Assembly: GCA_036229005.1 (NCBI GenBank) | Contig: JAZAMN010000009.1 | Coordinates: 1 to 47,744 of the forward strand | Length of the DNA stretch: 47,744 nucleotides | Origin: Myxococcota bacterium | GTDB lineage: Bacteria > Myxococcota_A > UBA796 > CAJQPC01 | Direction of reading: 5' to 3' | In this document: positions 17,822 to 27,248 of the stretch, in pieces | Position numbering within the stretch: the first letter of the stretch is position 1 | Layout: every line of letters starts with the position of its first letter | Notes under the pieces: generated by a model | Told to the model about the DNA's origin: nothing | Database searches by the model: none | Seen by the model: only the letters and a program-made list of their open reading frames with translations | Program-made: the position numbers and the translations under genes

Positions 17822-18556
17822 ATGCAGACCATCACGGCCGCCGGCCGCGCCACCCAGCTCCGCCACCTGCCCGGCCCCGGCCCCACCCTGCTGCTGCTGC
17901 ACGGCGCGAGCGGGACGGGCGCGAGCTGGGAGGCGATCGCGGCGCACTGGTCCTGGGCGGATCTGTGGATCCCGGACCTGCCGGGGCGCGGGGTGCCGGC
18001 CGCGGGGCTGGACAGTGTGTCCTCGCTGGCGGGCTGGCTGTCCGAGGTGGTGGCGTACACCGGGGCGGCGGTGGTGGTGGGCCACTCCCTGGGCGGCGCC
18101 ATCGGACTGCAGCTCTCCCTGGACGAGCCCCAGGCGCTCAAGGGGCTGGTGATGGTGGCCAGCTCGGCCCGGCTGCGGGTGTCGCCGGCGATCCTGGAGG
18201 CGGTGGCGCAGTCCTCGGAAGAGCGGCCCTTGGACCTGGGCTTCGCGTTCGGCCCGGACACGGACAAGGCGGTGATCGCGGCCTACCGGGCGCAGACGAT
18301 GGGCGTGCCGGCGCAGGCGGCGCTGGCGGACTGGCGGGCCTGCGATGCCTTTGACGTGCGGGCGCGCCTGGCGGAGTCGAAGACCCCGACGCTGGTGGCC
18401 TACGGGGACGCGGACGTGCTGACGCCGCCCAAGCACCAGCGCGGCCTGGTGGAGGCGCTGCCCGAGGCCTCGGAGCTGGCGCTGGCGGGCGGGCACATGC
18501 TGCCTTGGGAGCAGCCCCTGGCGCTGTCGGAGGGGGTGCGGAGCTGGCTGCTCTGA
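17822..18556 (+). CDS. Alpha/beta fold hydrolase
   Basis: LLHG, PDLPGRG, GHSLGG, GDADVLTPP, GGHMLPWE. Confidence 0.88.
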   Translation: MQTITAAGRATQLRHLPGPGPTLLLLHGASGTGASWEAIAAHWSWADLWIPDLPGRGVPAAGLDSVSSLAGWLSEVVAYTGAAVVVGHSLGGAIGLQLSLDEPQALKGLVMVASSARLRVSPAILEAVAQSSEERPLDLGFAFGPDTDKAVIAAYRAQTMGVPAQAALADWRACDAFDVRARLAESKTPTLVAYGDADVLTPPKHQRGLVEALPEASELALAGGHMLPWEQPLALSEGVRSWLL

Positions 18557-18572
18557 GCGCTTTGGAGCGGCC

Positions 18573-19556
18573 CTAGGCCGCCGTCGACGTGGCCCCCTGT
18601 CGGAGGGCGTCCAGGTAGTGGCGGATCTGGCGGGGGCTCCAGGACTCCCAGGCCGCCTCCAGGTCCCGGCCCGCCTGAGGCATGCCGTTGACGACGCAGC
18701 TCTCCGCGGTCTGGGCCACCGTGAAGGCGCCCGCGTGGCGAAGCGAGAGGAGCCCGCGAGCGCCGTCCTGTCCCATCCCGGTGAGCAGGATGCCGGCGGC
18801 GCGGCTGCCCAGAGAAGAGGCGACCGAGCTGAACAGTCGGTCCACCGATGGGACGGCCATGGCCTGCGCCGGGAGGAGCTGGATCCGTCCGTCGGCGAGG
18901 ACCATGTCCCGATCGCCGGGAGCCAGGAGCGCCTGGCCAGGGGTGGGCAGGTCCCCATCGACCGCGAGCCGCGTGGACGCGCCGCAGTCGCAGAGCCAGC
19001 GGGCGAGCTCTCCGGCGTAGCCCGCTCGGATGTGCTGGGAGATGAGCACTGGGACCTTGAAGGGCGCGCCGATCAGGAGCTCCCGCAGCACCTGGGGCCC
19101 CCCGGTGGAGCTCCCGATGGCGACCAGCTCGGGGAGGCCATCCCTCCTGAGCGGCCTGCCGGGGCCGGGCGCACTCAGGCCCTGGAGTTGGCGCTTGAAG
19201 CGCGCCTGGGCGCGGCCGCGGGCAGAGTCCGACAGCGCGGGGGAGAGGGGGTTGCGCATCAGGCCGGTCGCCCCGGCCTTGAGCAGCGCGTGGGATGCCT
19301 CCAGCGCCAGCGCTCGGTCGGTGAGCAGGAGCACGGTGAGCGGGCAGCGGCGATGCACCGCGTCCACCAGCCGCGCGGTCTCCTCCACGCTGCGATCCCC
19401 GACGGCGATCAGGACCCCCACCGGGCGGGTCTCCCTGGGAACAGGCCACAGCGGGTCCACCATCTTCACCGGCACCAGGGTGAAGCCCTCCAGCAGCTCG
19501 GACAGGGCGGCGGCGGTGGCCTTGTCGCCAAGCAGCCAGATCACGGACCCGGACAT
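18573..19556 (-). CDS. cheB: Chemotaxis methylesterase CheB with degenerate N-terminal receiver-like region
   Basis: AIGSSTGGP, SQHI, PSVDRLF.S, LTGMGQDGA, V.GMP; the N-terminal domain lacks the acidic pocket and phospho-Asp. Confidence 0.88.
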   Translation of the reverse strand: MSGSVIWLLGDKATAAALSELLEGFTLVPVKMVDPLWPVPRETRPVGVLIAVGDRSVEETARLVDAVHRRCPLTVLLLTDRALALEASHALLKAGATGLMRNPLSPALSDSARGRAQARFKRQLQGLSAPGPGRPLRRDGLPELVAIGSSTGGPQVLRELLIGAPFKVPVLISQHIRAGYAGELARWLCDCGASTRLAVDGDLPTPGQALLAPGDRDMVLADGRIQLLPAQAMAVPSVDRLFSSVASSLGSRAAGILLTGMGQDGARGLLSLRHAGAFTVAQTAESCVVNGMPQAGRDLEAAWESWSPRQIRHYLDALRQGATSTAA

Positions 19557-20389
19557 CAGGACCTCAGGAGCCTGCGGATGGTCTCCGCCAGATCCACGTT
19601 CGCCGGCTCGTCCGAGCAGGGCGCCGCCACCACGGGCTCGCGGGGGTCCCGCCTGTAGATCCGGACGGGGGGACCGCTGCGAGCCACCGGAAGGAAGGAC
19701 TCGAAGCCGGCAAAGACGGGGTCTGTGGGCGCGGTGATGAGGCAGCCGCCCGGACGCAGGGCCGCCCGGATGTTGTCCAGGACCCGACCGCCGCCCTCCT
19801 CCGTGAAGTAGATCAGCACGTTCCGGCAGAAGGCGAGGTCGAAGTAGGCTGGGGGAAACTGGGGTTCAGTCAGGTTCCCCACGCGGAACTCCACCAGGGG
19901 CCGCAGGCTGGGGTCGACCTCCACGCCGTCTTCGCCATGGGTGAGCCACGCCAGCCGCTTGGCGGCCTCCCCGCGCATGGACCAGGCGGAGTAGCGGCCG
20001 ACGCGCGCGCAGGAGACCGCGGCCTCCGACATGTCGGTGCCGTAGACCTTCACCCGGTCCCCGGCGATCTCCCGCGCCACGGCGGCGAGCTGGTAGGCCT
20101 CCTCTCCCGTGGCGCTCCCAGCGGACCAGATGCGGAGGGTCCCTGCAGGTCGCTCCCGGACCACCCGCTTGAGCAGCTCGGCGTAGGCGTCAAAGCACTC
20201 GGGGTGGCGGGCAAAGTGGGTCTCTGGGATGGAGAGGATCCGGGAGACCTCGCCGAGCTGATCGTCCCAGCGCGCGCGGGGGATCGGAGCCATGAACTCA
20301 ACGAAGCGCCGACTCCGGACCATCGGGAAGTTGTGCAGCGAGAGCCCCAGGCGCTCCCCCAGCCAGGCGTTCAGCTCCGGGTGGCCCAT
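19556..20389 (-). CDS. cheR: Chemotaxis methyltransferase CheR
   Basis: IPETHFAR, WSAGSATGEEAY, GTDMS, FCRNVLIYF; no TPR extension. Confidence 0.9.
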   Translation of the reverse strand: MGHPELNAWLGERLGLSLHNFPMVRSRRFVEFMAPIPRARWDDQLGEVSRILSIPETHFARHPECFDAYAELLKRVVRERPAGTLRIWSAGSATGEEAYQLAAVAREIAGDRVKVYGTDMSEAAVSCARVGRYSAWSMRGEAAKRLAWLTHGEDGVEVDPSLRPLVEFRVGNLTEPQFPPAYFDLAFCRNVLIYFTEEGGGRVLDNIRAALRPGGCLITAPTDPVFAGFESFLPVARSGPPVRIYRRDPREPVVAAPCSDEPANVDLAETIRRLLRS

Positions 20390-21777
20390 CAGGCGGCCTG
20401 TTGGTCCAGAGCGCCGGGGTCACCTTCGCCAGCCGTGAAGCCGCCCAGCACCTTCGCCATGTCCGCGGCGAGGCCGTTGATCTGGCCCTTGCCCACGTGG
20501 ATGGCCTCCATGCCCTCGGCAGACTGGGAGGCGTTGGTGCTGATCTCCTCCATGGCCTCGGCGATCTGCTCGATGCCGGTGCCCTGCTGACGGGAGACCG
20601 AGGCGATGAGCTTCGCGGCGTCCCCGCTCTCCTCCACCGCCTCGGCGAGCTCGTTGAAGCGGAGCCCAGCCGTGACCGCCAGCTCGGCGCCCCGCTCCAC
20701 CGCGAGGCTGCCCTGCTGGGTGGCTGCGACGGCGGCGCTGGTGGCGGTCTGGATGTCTCCCAAGATGGTCCGGACCTGCATCGTCGACTGCTTGGACTGG
20801 TCGGCGAGGTTGCGGATCTCGGTGGCCACGACGGCGAAGCCGCGGCCGTGCTCTCCGGCCCGAGCGGCCTCGATGGCGGCGTTGAGGGCCAGCAGCTTGG
20901 ACTGCTCGGAGATCTCGGAGACCGCGGCGATGATGTCCCCGATCTGCTTGGTCTGCTCATTGAGGAGCTGGATGCGCTCAGAGAGGGTCTCCATCTGCCC
21001 GCGGATCTCGTCCATTCCCGTGGAGACCTCGGCCACCGCCTTCTTGCCCTCGCTCGCGATCTCGATGGTCTGCGCGGTGGTCTCCATGACGCCCTCGGCC
21101 TGCCCCAAGGCCTGGCGCGCCGTCTGGGAGAGTTCGCTCATGGCGGTGGTGATCTCCGCGACCGCAGCCGACTGCCGCTGCGCCCCCGCGGCCTGCTTGT
21201 CGATCGCCTGGCCGATGCTGCTGGTGCTGTCGTTGAGCGAGTCCAGGTAGCCGGAGAGGGTCTCGGTGAACTCGACCACGAGCTCCTGGTTCGTCTCCTC
21301 CCGGCGCACGACGTAGGTGTCGATGGCGATGGCCATGTCAAAGTAGAAGACGCGCGTCAGGGCCACCAAGGCCCGCTCCAGCTTCTCGGGCTGCCCGTCG
21401 TAGTGCCGGATCAGCGGGCCAAAGAGCCGGGAGAAGATGAAGCCAAAGGCCCCCATGTAGTACTCGGGGTCCAGCCCGACGCGCTCGTGGACGTTGCCGA
21501 TCTTGACGCGGTCCTCGTAGTAGGCCTCATCCCAGTTCCCCTCGACCAGGCGGTCATAGTAGCGGAGCTGCGCATCCTTGAGGCGCTGGATGGTGGCCTC
21601 GTCCTTGAGCAGGTGGCTCAGACGCCCGGAGGCCTGCAGGTGCGCGTAGAGGTCGTCGATCACTCCCCGCACGCTGGAGGAGACGACGGGGGCAGCATCG
21701 CGAACGGCGGCGGCATCCTGCTCACTGAGCTGGAGGAAGGACTTGCGGCCCTGGAATGCTTGATGCTGGGTAGACAT
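20389..21777 (-). CDS. Soluble globin-coupled methyl-accepting chemotaxis protein (protoglobin sensor, HemAT-like)
   Basis: N-terminal RLK..Q..Y...Y...R..IG.VHERVGL.PEYY.GA globin pattern; C-terminal [29 protein letters not shown] hairpin; no TM segment; ggag RBS. Confidence 0.9.
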   Translation of the reverse strand: MSTQHQAFQGRKSFLQLSEQDAAAVRDAAPVVSSSVRGVIDDLYAHLQASGRLSHLLKDEATIQRLKDAQLRYYDRLVEGNWDEAYYEDRVKIGNVHERVGLDPEYYMGAFGFIFSRLFGPLIRHYDGQPEKLERALVALTRVFYFDMAIAIDTYVVRREETNQELVVEFTETLSGYLDSLNDSTSSIGQAIDKQAAGAQRQSAAVAEITTAMSELSQTARQALGQAEGVMETTAQTIEIASEGKKAVAEVSTGMDEIRGQMETLSERIQLLNEQTKQIGDIIAAVSEISEQSKLLALNAAIEAARAGEHGRGFAVVATEIRNLADQSKQSTMQVRTILGDIQTATSAAVAATQQGSLAVERGAELAVTAGLRFNELAEAVEESGDAAKLIASVSRQQGTGIEQIAEAMEEISTNASQSAEGMEAIHVGKGQINGLAADMAKVLGGFTAGEGDPGALDQQAA

Positions 21778-21794
21778 GAACAGGACTCCGGCAG

Positions 21795-22709
21795 CTACTG
21801 AGCGAGGGAGAAGGAGGGGCAATCGAAGAGCCCAGCGGGGTGGATCAAGAGGATGTCGTCCTCCACGATCCCGCCAAAGCAAGAGGCCTTGGGGCCCATG
21901 GCGATCGGGGTGGGCAGGCGCTCGTCGACGGCGATGGGCTGGATCCCCTCCACGTCGTCGACCAACAGGCCAAGCTGGCAGTCCGCGTCTTCGACGATGA
22001 CCAGCCAGCGGTAGGTGTCCGGCGCCTTGGCGTCCGAGAGGAAGGCGGCCAGGTCGTGCGCCGAGAGCAAGCGGCCCCGACTGGGGATCACCCCCGGGAT
22101 GTGGTTCGGCGCCCCCGGCACACGACAGAGGCCGCGGAGGCGTCGGATCTCCCGAAGGAAGGTCAGATCCACGGCGTAGCGACGCCCCCCTCGGACAAAC
22201 ACGGCGTGCTCCGAGGTGTGGCGCGTCGCGGCCTGCGTGTGGGTGGCGTAGTGGGTCGCCCGGAGCTTGAGCAGCCGCTGCTGATCGGGGTCGACCACCG
22301 CCAGCGTCTCCCCGCAGCGACCGCTCCGCTGGGCCCAGACCTTGACAGGCTGAATGACGGGGAAGAGGGCCTGCTCCACCCGCGCAAAGGCCGGTCGATC
22401 GGGCTCCAGCGTCACGTTGGCCTCCGGGACCATGACGATGTCGGCGACCTCGTCGACCACCAGGCCAAAGTCGCCCTCGGCGTCACCGCCGCAGACCAGC
22501 ACGAAGCGCTCCGGGGTGAGGGCGCGGGCCTGGGACGAGAGCTCCAGCAGCGGGACGATCTCGCCGCGCAGGTTCAGCACACCGCACACGGGGTCGCTGG
22601 GGTCCACCGGCTGGGCCTCGCACATGGCGACGATCTCCCGGACCGCATCCATGCGGACCAGCCTAGAGCGTTGGTCCACGACGACTTCAAGGAAGGGATG
22701 GCTCAACAT
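21795..22709 (-). CDS. cheW: Tandem CheW-CheW adaptor
   Basis: Two CheW repeats: [12 protein letters not shown]...GLVVDEV and VPGAP..IPGVI..RG...DL...GLLVDDV. Confidence 0.85.
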   Translation of the reverse strand: MLSHPFLEVVVDQRSRLVRMDAVREIVAMCEAQPVDPSDPVCGVLNLRGEIVPLLELSSQARALTPERFVLVCGGDAEGDFGLVVDEVADIVMVPEANVTLEPDRPAFARVEQALFPVIQPVKVWAQRSGRCGETLAVVDPDQQRLLKLRATHYATHTQAATRHTSEHAVFVRGGRRYAVDLTFLREIRRLRGLCRVPGAPNHIPGVIPSRGRLLSAHDLAAFLSDAKAPDTYRWLVIVEDADCQLGLLVDDVEGIQPIAVDERLPTPIAMGPKASCFGGIVEDDILLIHPAGLFDCPSFSLAQ

Positions 22710-24619
22710 CGCAGCTCCACGGCATCCAGCCCCGGAGCGGCCGGAGCTTGGGGTTCAGGGGGCGGCGCGACCGGCAAGCCCTCCCGCTGGACCTTCTGGA
22801 CAATGGCGGGCAGATCCAGGATCAACAGGACGCTCCCGTCCGCCTGGACCGCCCCTCCGCTGACCAGGGGGTGCTGCAAGAAGGCGGCGGGCATGGGCTT
22901 GACCATGAGCTCGCTCTCCCCCGGGATGTCATCCACCAGCAACACCAGGCGCGCGCCGTAGGCTTGCACCACGATGGCCGGGCGGCGCTCATCGCCCAGG
23001 GGCACGATCGGCTGGTCCACGAAGTGCCCCAGGGAGGCCACGGCGACCGGCTCGCCCTCGATGTGGACGAAGGGGTGCTCGTTCCCCTGCAGATCCTGCG
23101 CGCGCAGCCGGACGACCCGCTCCACGTTGGCGAGCGGGAACCCGAACTGGCCGTCGCCAAAGAGGACGATGAGCCCCCGGGAGGTGGCCGCCGCGATCGG
23201 CACATCGATCACAAAGCAGGCGCCCGTTCCTGGGTTGGAGTTGAGCTCCATCCGGCCGCCCAAGCGCTCCACCGCGTCCAGGACCACGTTCATCCCGACG
23301 CCGCGGCCCGAGAGCGCGTCCGCCTCGCTCTGGGTGGAGAAGCTGGGCTGGGCGAGCAAGGCGAGCACGCCGCTGTCGTCCAGCACAGCGTCCGGAGCCA
23401 CGAGGCCGAGCGCCGCTCCGCGCCTCACCACCTTGTCCACATCCACACCGTAGCCGTCGTCCTTCACGGCGATTCGCAGGCGGGGGCCCAGGCAGCGGGC
23501 CTCGATGGAGATGGTCCCCACGGGGTCCCGCCCGTCCGCCTGCCGCCTGGCGGGATCGCCGACACCGTGCGCGACGGAGTTCCGGACCAGGTGAAGCAAG
23601 GGATCCCGGAGCCCCACCAGCACATGTCGGTCGGCCTCCGAGCCGCCTCCGTCCAGGACCAGACGGGCCCGCCGACCGGAGATGCGGGCGGCCTCGCGGA
23701 CCACCGGCAGCAGCTCCTCCAAGAAGGGCTGAATGGGCATGACCCGCAGCGTCCGGATCGAGGCCTCAACCGAAGACACCAGCGCGCCATTCCGGTCCCG
23801 CAGCGAGGTGCCCCGCCGAGCCAGGTTGCTGGTCTCCTGGCGCAGGTCGGTCAGGTCCCGCTGGAGCCGGTTGAGCAGCGGCTCCAGCTTGATCCACAGG
23901 GATCCCAGGCTGCGCCGCTTCTCCCACAGGGCCGTCTGGAGCGCGCGGAAGTCGCGGCTGGCCCAGGTCAACCGATCCCGGACCCCGACCACCTCCTGGG
24001 TCTGGGCCGCCGCCTGTAGCTGCGCGACCATCAGCTCGGAGACCAGGTCGTGCGCGTCGTCAATGCGCTCCGGCCGCACGCGCAGCAGCTCCCGACTGGC
24101 GCTTCGCCCCTTGCGCGCGGAACTCCTCTTCGAGATGGTCTGCCTCCGATCCGGCTCGACGGGTGGCGCGGGCTGCTGCGCCGCTGGCGGCTGCACGTCC
24201 TCGTCTTCCTCCTCGAACAGGAAGAGCCCCTCGATCTCGCCAACGCCCTGCGGCGGTTCATGCCCACCGGCGGGGTCTGGTGCTTCAAAGGCCTCGCCCA
24301 GCCCGAGCCTCCGGACCAGCTCGCTCATCTCGTCCAGGCCCTCGATCACGCTGCCCATCAGGGCCTGGGCCTGCGCGGGTCCCCCGCTCTGGACGAGGCG
24401 ATCCTCCAGCGCGTGGACCTGCCCGGCGATGTGGTCCCCCACCGCAAGGTTGACCGATCCAGCGGCCCCCTTGAGGGTGTGAAGCTCCCGCAGGATGGCC
24501 TCATAGGGCTCCTGCCGCTCTCCGTCGCCGGCGGTCTCCAGGACCATGGCCGCGGTACACGCGCGCCTCAAGAGCTCAGTCGCCTCATCGACAAAGGTCT
24601 GGTGCAGCGCTTGGGACAT
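22703..24619 (-). CDS. cheA: Chemotaxis histidine kinase CheA (Hpt-dimerisation-HATPase-CheW; no receiver)
   Basis: RELHTLKGAA Hpt, LHLVRNSVAHG, DDGYG, FST...SGRGVGM, C-terminal CheW domain. Confidence 0.92.
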   Translation of the reverse strand: MSQALHQTFVDEATELLRRACTAAMVLETAGDGERQEPYEAILRELHTLKGAAGSVNLAVGDHIAGQVHALEDRLVQSGGPAQAQALMGSVIEGLDEMSELVRRLGLGEAFEAPDPAGGHEPPQGVGEIEGLFLFEEEDEDVQPPAAQQPAPPVEPDRRQTISKRSSARKGRSASRELLRVRPERIDDAHDLVSELMVAQLQAAAQTQEVVGVRDRLTWASRDFRALQTALWEKRRSLGSLWIKLEPLLNRLQRDLTDLRQETSNLARRGTSLRDRNGALVSSVEASIRTLRVMPIQPFLEELLPVVREAARISGRRARLVLDGGGSEADRHVLVGLRDPLLHLVRNSVAHGVGDPARRQADGRDPVGTISIEARCLGPRLRIAVKDDGYGVDVDKVVRRGAALGLVAPDAVLDDSGVLALLAQPSFSTQSEADALSGRGVGMNVVLDAVERLGGRMELNSNPGTGACFVIDVPIAAATSRGLIVLFGDGQFGFPLANVERVVRLRAQDLQGNEHPFVHIEGEPVAVASLGHFVDQPIVPLGDERRPAIVVQAYGARLVLLVDDIPGESELMVKPMPAAFLQHPLVSGGAVQADGSVLLILDLPAIVQKVQREGLPVAPPPEPQAPAAPGLDAVELRC

Positions 24620-24732
24620 GCGGCTCGGCTCCTGTCATTGTCCAATCGGAAGCCCCGAAACCAACTTGAGCGTTGCCGCCTGCGCCCCAACAGACCAGAC
24701 GCGATAGGCTGCCCGGCCACCCCGGAGCCTGC

Positions 24733-25425
24733 ATGAAGCCCGTCGAGCTGCCACCTCTGAGCGCCGGAGATCCCACCCGCTGGGAGCACGGCCCGCTCTG
24801 GGCGCAGGCGGAGTCCACCCCCACCGGCTGGCGCCTGAGCCGCTCCTGGTCGCCGGGCACCCTGGCCCTGGGAGAGGCCCCCAACCTGGCCCTGCGCGTG
24901 GGCGAAGATCAGGCGATCGCCCAGCTCGCGGAGCCCGTGGGACTGGCCCCCGGAGAGACCCTCACCCTGTGGCTGTCCTGGCCCCTGGAGCTGGTGGTCC
25001 GCACCGGCGAGGCCATCCACGAGACCGCCCGCGCCGGCATGCGCCGCACCATGCTGGGCTCCGTCGACAAAGGTCGGGTGCTGCCCGCCGCCCAGTTGCA
25101 GGCCATGGCCACCCAGCAGCAGGCGCAGGGCCCCGGGGTCGCCGCGTTGAGCGTGCGCCTGGTCAACAAGGGCCGCACGACCGCCAACGTCCGGCGCTTC
25201 CCCGTGGACGAGGCCATCCTGAATGTGCAGCTTCAAGGCGCATTCCTGGTCACCGGAACCCAGGTCGTCGAGGTCCTGGACGACAGCCAGGCCCAGGTCC
25301 GCGTAGAGCCCCTGCCCGAGCACCCCGACGCCGTCGCCCTACCGCGCCCGCCCGTCCAGCGCCCCGTCCTGCACCTGAGCTGGCTGCTGGACTCCACCCG
25401 CCGCTCCGTGGGGTTCCAGCTATGA
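24733..25425 (+). CDS. Hypothetical protein, DUF432-like, translationally coupled to mscS
   Basis: ggag RBS; EPV.LAPGE.....L..PLEL.V...T..G...G pattern recalls DUF432; ATGA overlap with mscS. Family call tentative. Confidence 0.6.
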   Translation: MKPVELPPLSAGDPTRWEHGPLWAQAESTPTGWRLSRSWSPGTLALGEAPNLALRVGEDQAIAQLAEPVGLAPGETLTLWLSWPLELVVRTGEAIHETARAGMRRTMLGSVDKGRVLPAAQLQAMATQQQAQGPGVAALSVRLVNKGRTTANVRRFPVDEAILNVQLQGAFLVTGTQVVEVLDDSQAQVRVEPLPEHPDAVALPRPPVQRPVLHLSWLLDSTRRSVGFQL

Positions 25426-26225
25426 GCGTCGACGCCCTCTGGGGCCTGCTCAAGGCCGTCAGCGCCCAGCCCTGGCTCAAGGCGGCCGTGGTGATCCTGG
25501 TCGGCCTGGTCGCCGTCCAGGGGGTCGCCCGCTTCCTGCACCGCCGCCTGCTCACCGGCGCCAACCGCCACTGGGCCATGGTCGGCCGCCGCATCGTCAC
25601 CGTCCTGGGCACCCTCGCCGTGCTGCTCGCGGGCGCAAAGACCATGGGGCTGGACCTCACCGCTCTGCTGGCCACCGCCGGCGTGGCCACCGTCGCGATC
25701 GGCTTCGCCGCGCAGACCAGCCTCTCCAACCTGATCGCCGGCCTCTTCCTGCTCATCGACCGCCCCTTCCAGGTCGGCGACACCGTCGAGCTGGAGGGCC
25801 GCGTCGGCCAGGTCCAGGAGATCAGCCTGATGTCCACCCTGGTCCGCACCTTCGACAACCTGCTGGTGCGCTGGCCCAACGAGGTCGTGCTCAAGGCCAC
25901 CATCCTCAACTACAGCCGCTACCCGGCCCGCCGCGTCGACATCCCCGTCTCCATGCCCCACGGGGCCGACCTGGCCCGCGCCCGCGAGGTGCTGCTGACC
26001 GCCGTCTCCGAGGTCGACACCGTGCTCCTGGAGCCCGCCCCACAGGTGGTCACCAAGGCCATGCTGGACAGCGCCGTGCAGCTCGAGGTCCGCGTCTGGG
26101 TGCCCCAGCCCGAGTTCCTGGCCGGCCGCACCCAAGCCATCGAGGCCGTGCACAACGGGCTCAAGGCCGCCGGCATCCGCGTGGCCTTCCCCCAGCTCAC
26201 CGTCTGGAAGGGCGAGCCCGACTGA
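25422..26225 (+). CDS. mscS: Small-conductance mechanosensitive channel
   Basis: AIGFAAQ.SLSNLIAGLFLL.DRPFQVGD, G.V.EI...T..RT.DN, GI.VAFPQ. Confidence 0.92.
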   Translation: MSVDALWGLLKAVSAQPWLKAAVVILVGLVAVQGVARFLHRRLLTGANRHWAMVGRRIVTVLGTLAVLLAGAKTMGLDLTALLATAGVATVAIGFAAQTSLSNLIAGLFLLIDRPFQVGDTVELEGRVGQVQEISLMSTLVRTFDNLLVRWPNEVVLKATILNYSRYPARRVDIPVSMPHGADLARAREVLLTAVSEVDTVLLEPAPQVVTKAMLDSAVQLEVRVWVPQPEFLAGRTQAIEAVHNGLKAAGIRVAFPQLTVWKGEPD

Positions 26226-27192
26226 GCGCCCCCAGCGCCCCCAGCAAGAGCAGCCCCAGAGGCCCCAGCGGCCCGTGCGCGCACCCCCTGTTCTCCGCGG
26301 GGGCCGGGGTCGGCGCGCGGTGGATCTCCACCTCGACCTGCCGGCGGAAGTGCCCATCGCTGGCCTCCAGCAGCAGGCTGTCCCGGCGAAGGGAGGGGCT
26401 GTCGTCCACCACCAATCGGGGGCCCACCACCCGGGCCTGGGTCTGCTCGGGCCCCCGCGCGATCCGCCACCCCAGCGAGGACACACTGGGCAGCTCCAGC
26501 TCCCCCGGCGCCTGCACGGGGCCCAGCGCCGGCAGCTCCGGGGGTGTACGCGCCGCGCAGCCCTCGGTGGGCAGCTCCGGGAAGGCCTCCCGCAGCGCCG
26601 CCGCCCCCAGGTAGCGCCCCCCCTGGCCGCAGCCGCGCTGGCCGTCGACGCTGGCGAGCACGATGGCCCAGATCACGTCGTCCCCCGCGGGCGTGGCGAT
26701 CAGCACCGGGCCGCCCGAGTCCCCGTCGCAGGAGTCCACCCCCGGCGCCCCGCACACCGCGCCCTCGCAGTGGACGGCGGCGCGCATCAGGGTGTCCGTG
26801 CGCCGGGTGCCCGTGGGGTCCGTCGCGCCGAAGCCGACCAGCGTGGCCTCGTCTGCGGACGCACAGTCCTGCGCGAGCCGCGCAGCGGGCAGGGCCGAGG
26901 GGGTCGCGAGGGTGAGGATCCCAGCGTCCAGCGCCGCGTTCACCTCTCCTCCCGACACCCGATGCTCTTCGCCCCCGTGGGCCCCCAGGCGGGTCCGGTC
27001 CAGCACCACCCGTCCGGGCAGCGGGTCCATGCAGTGCGCCGCCGTGAGCACCTGGGTGGGGGAGACCAGCGTGCCCGTGCACACCTGCTTTGTGCCCCGG
27101 AAGATCGCCGCCACCTGCGGATTCGCCCCCGGTGGGCTGGGCTCTCCGCCGACCACAGCCAGCGCGGAGCCGCTCAGGAATGTCAACAGCAC
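26197..27192 (-). CDS. Secreted trypsin-like (S1) serine protease with MYXO-CTERM-like C-terminal anchor
   Basis: Signal peptide then VVGG; CTGTLV, LTAAHC, DAGIL, DSCDGDSGGP; ends RGC-hydrophobic stretch-RARPSRR. Confidence 0.88.
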   Translation of the reverse strand: MLLTFLSGSALAVVGGEPSPPGANPQVAAIFRGTKQVCTGTLVSPTQVLTAAHCMDPLPGRVVLDRTRLGAHGGEEHRVSGGEVNAALDAGILTLATPSALPAARLAQDCASADEATLVGFGATDPTGTRRTDTLMRAAVHCEGAVCGAPGVDSCDGDSGGPVLIATPAGDDVIWAIVLASVDGQRGCGQGGRYLGAAALREAFPELPTEGCAARTPPELPALGPVQAPGELELPSVSSLGWRIARGPEQTQARVVGPRLVVDDSPSLRRDSLLLEASDGHFRRQVEVEIHRAPTPAPAENRGCAHGPLGPLGLLLLGALGALSRARPSRR

Positions 27193-27248
27193 TTGACCCG
27201 ACCTCTCGCTCCCGCGAGTATGCCGAACGGCACCTTTGGAGGGCAGTC

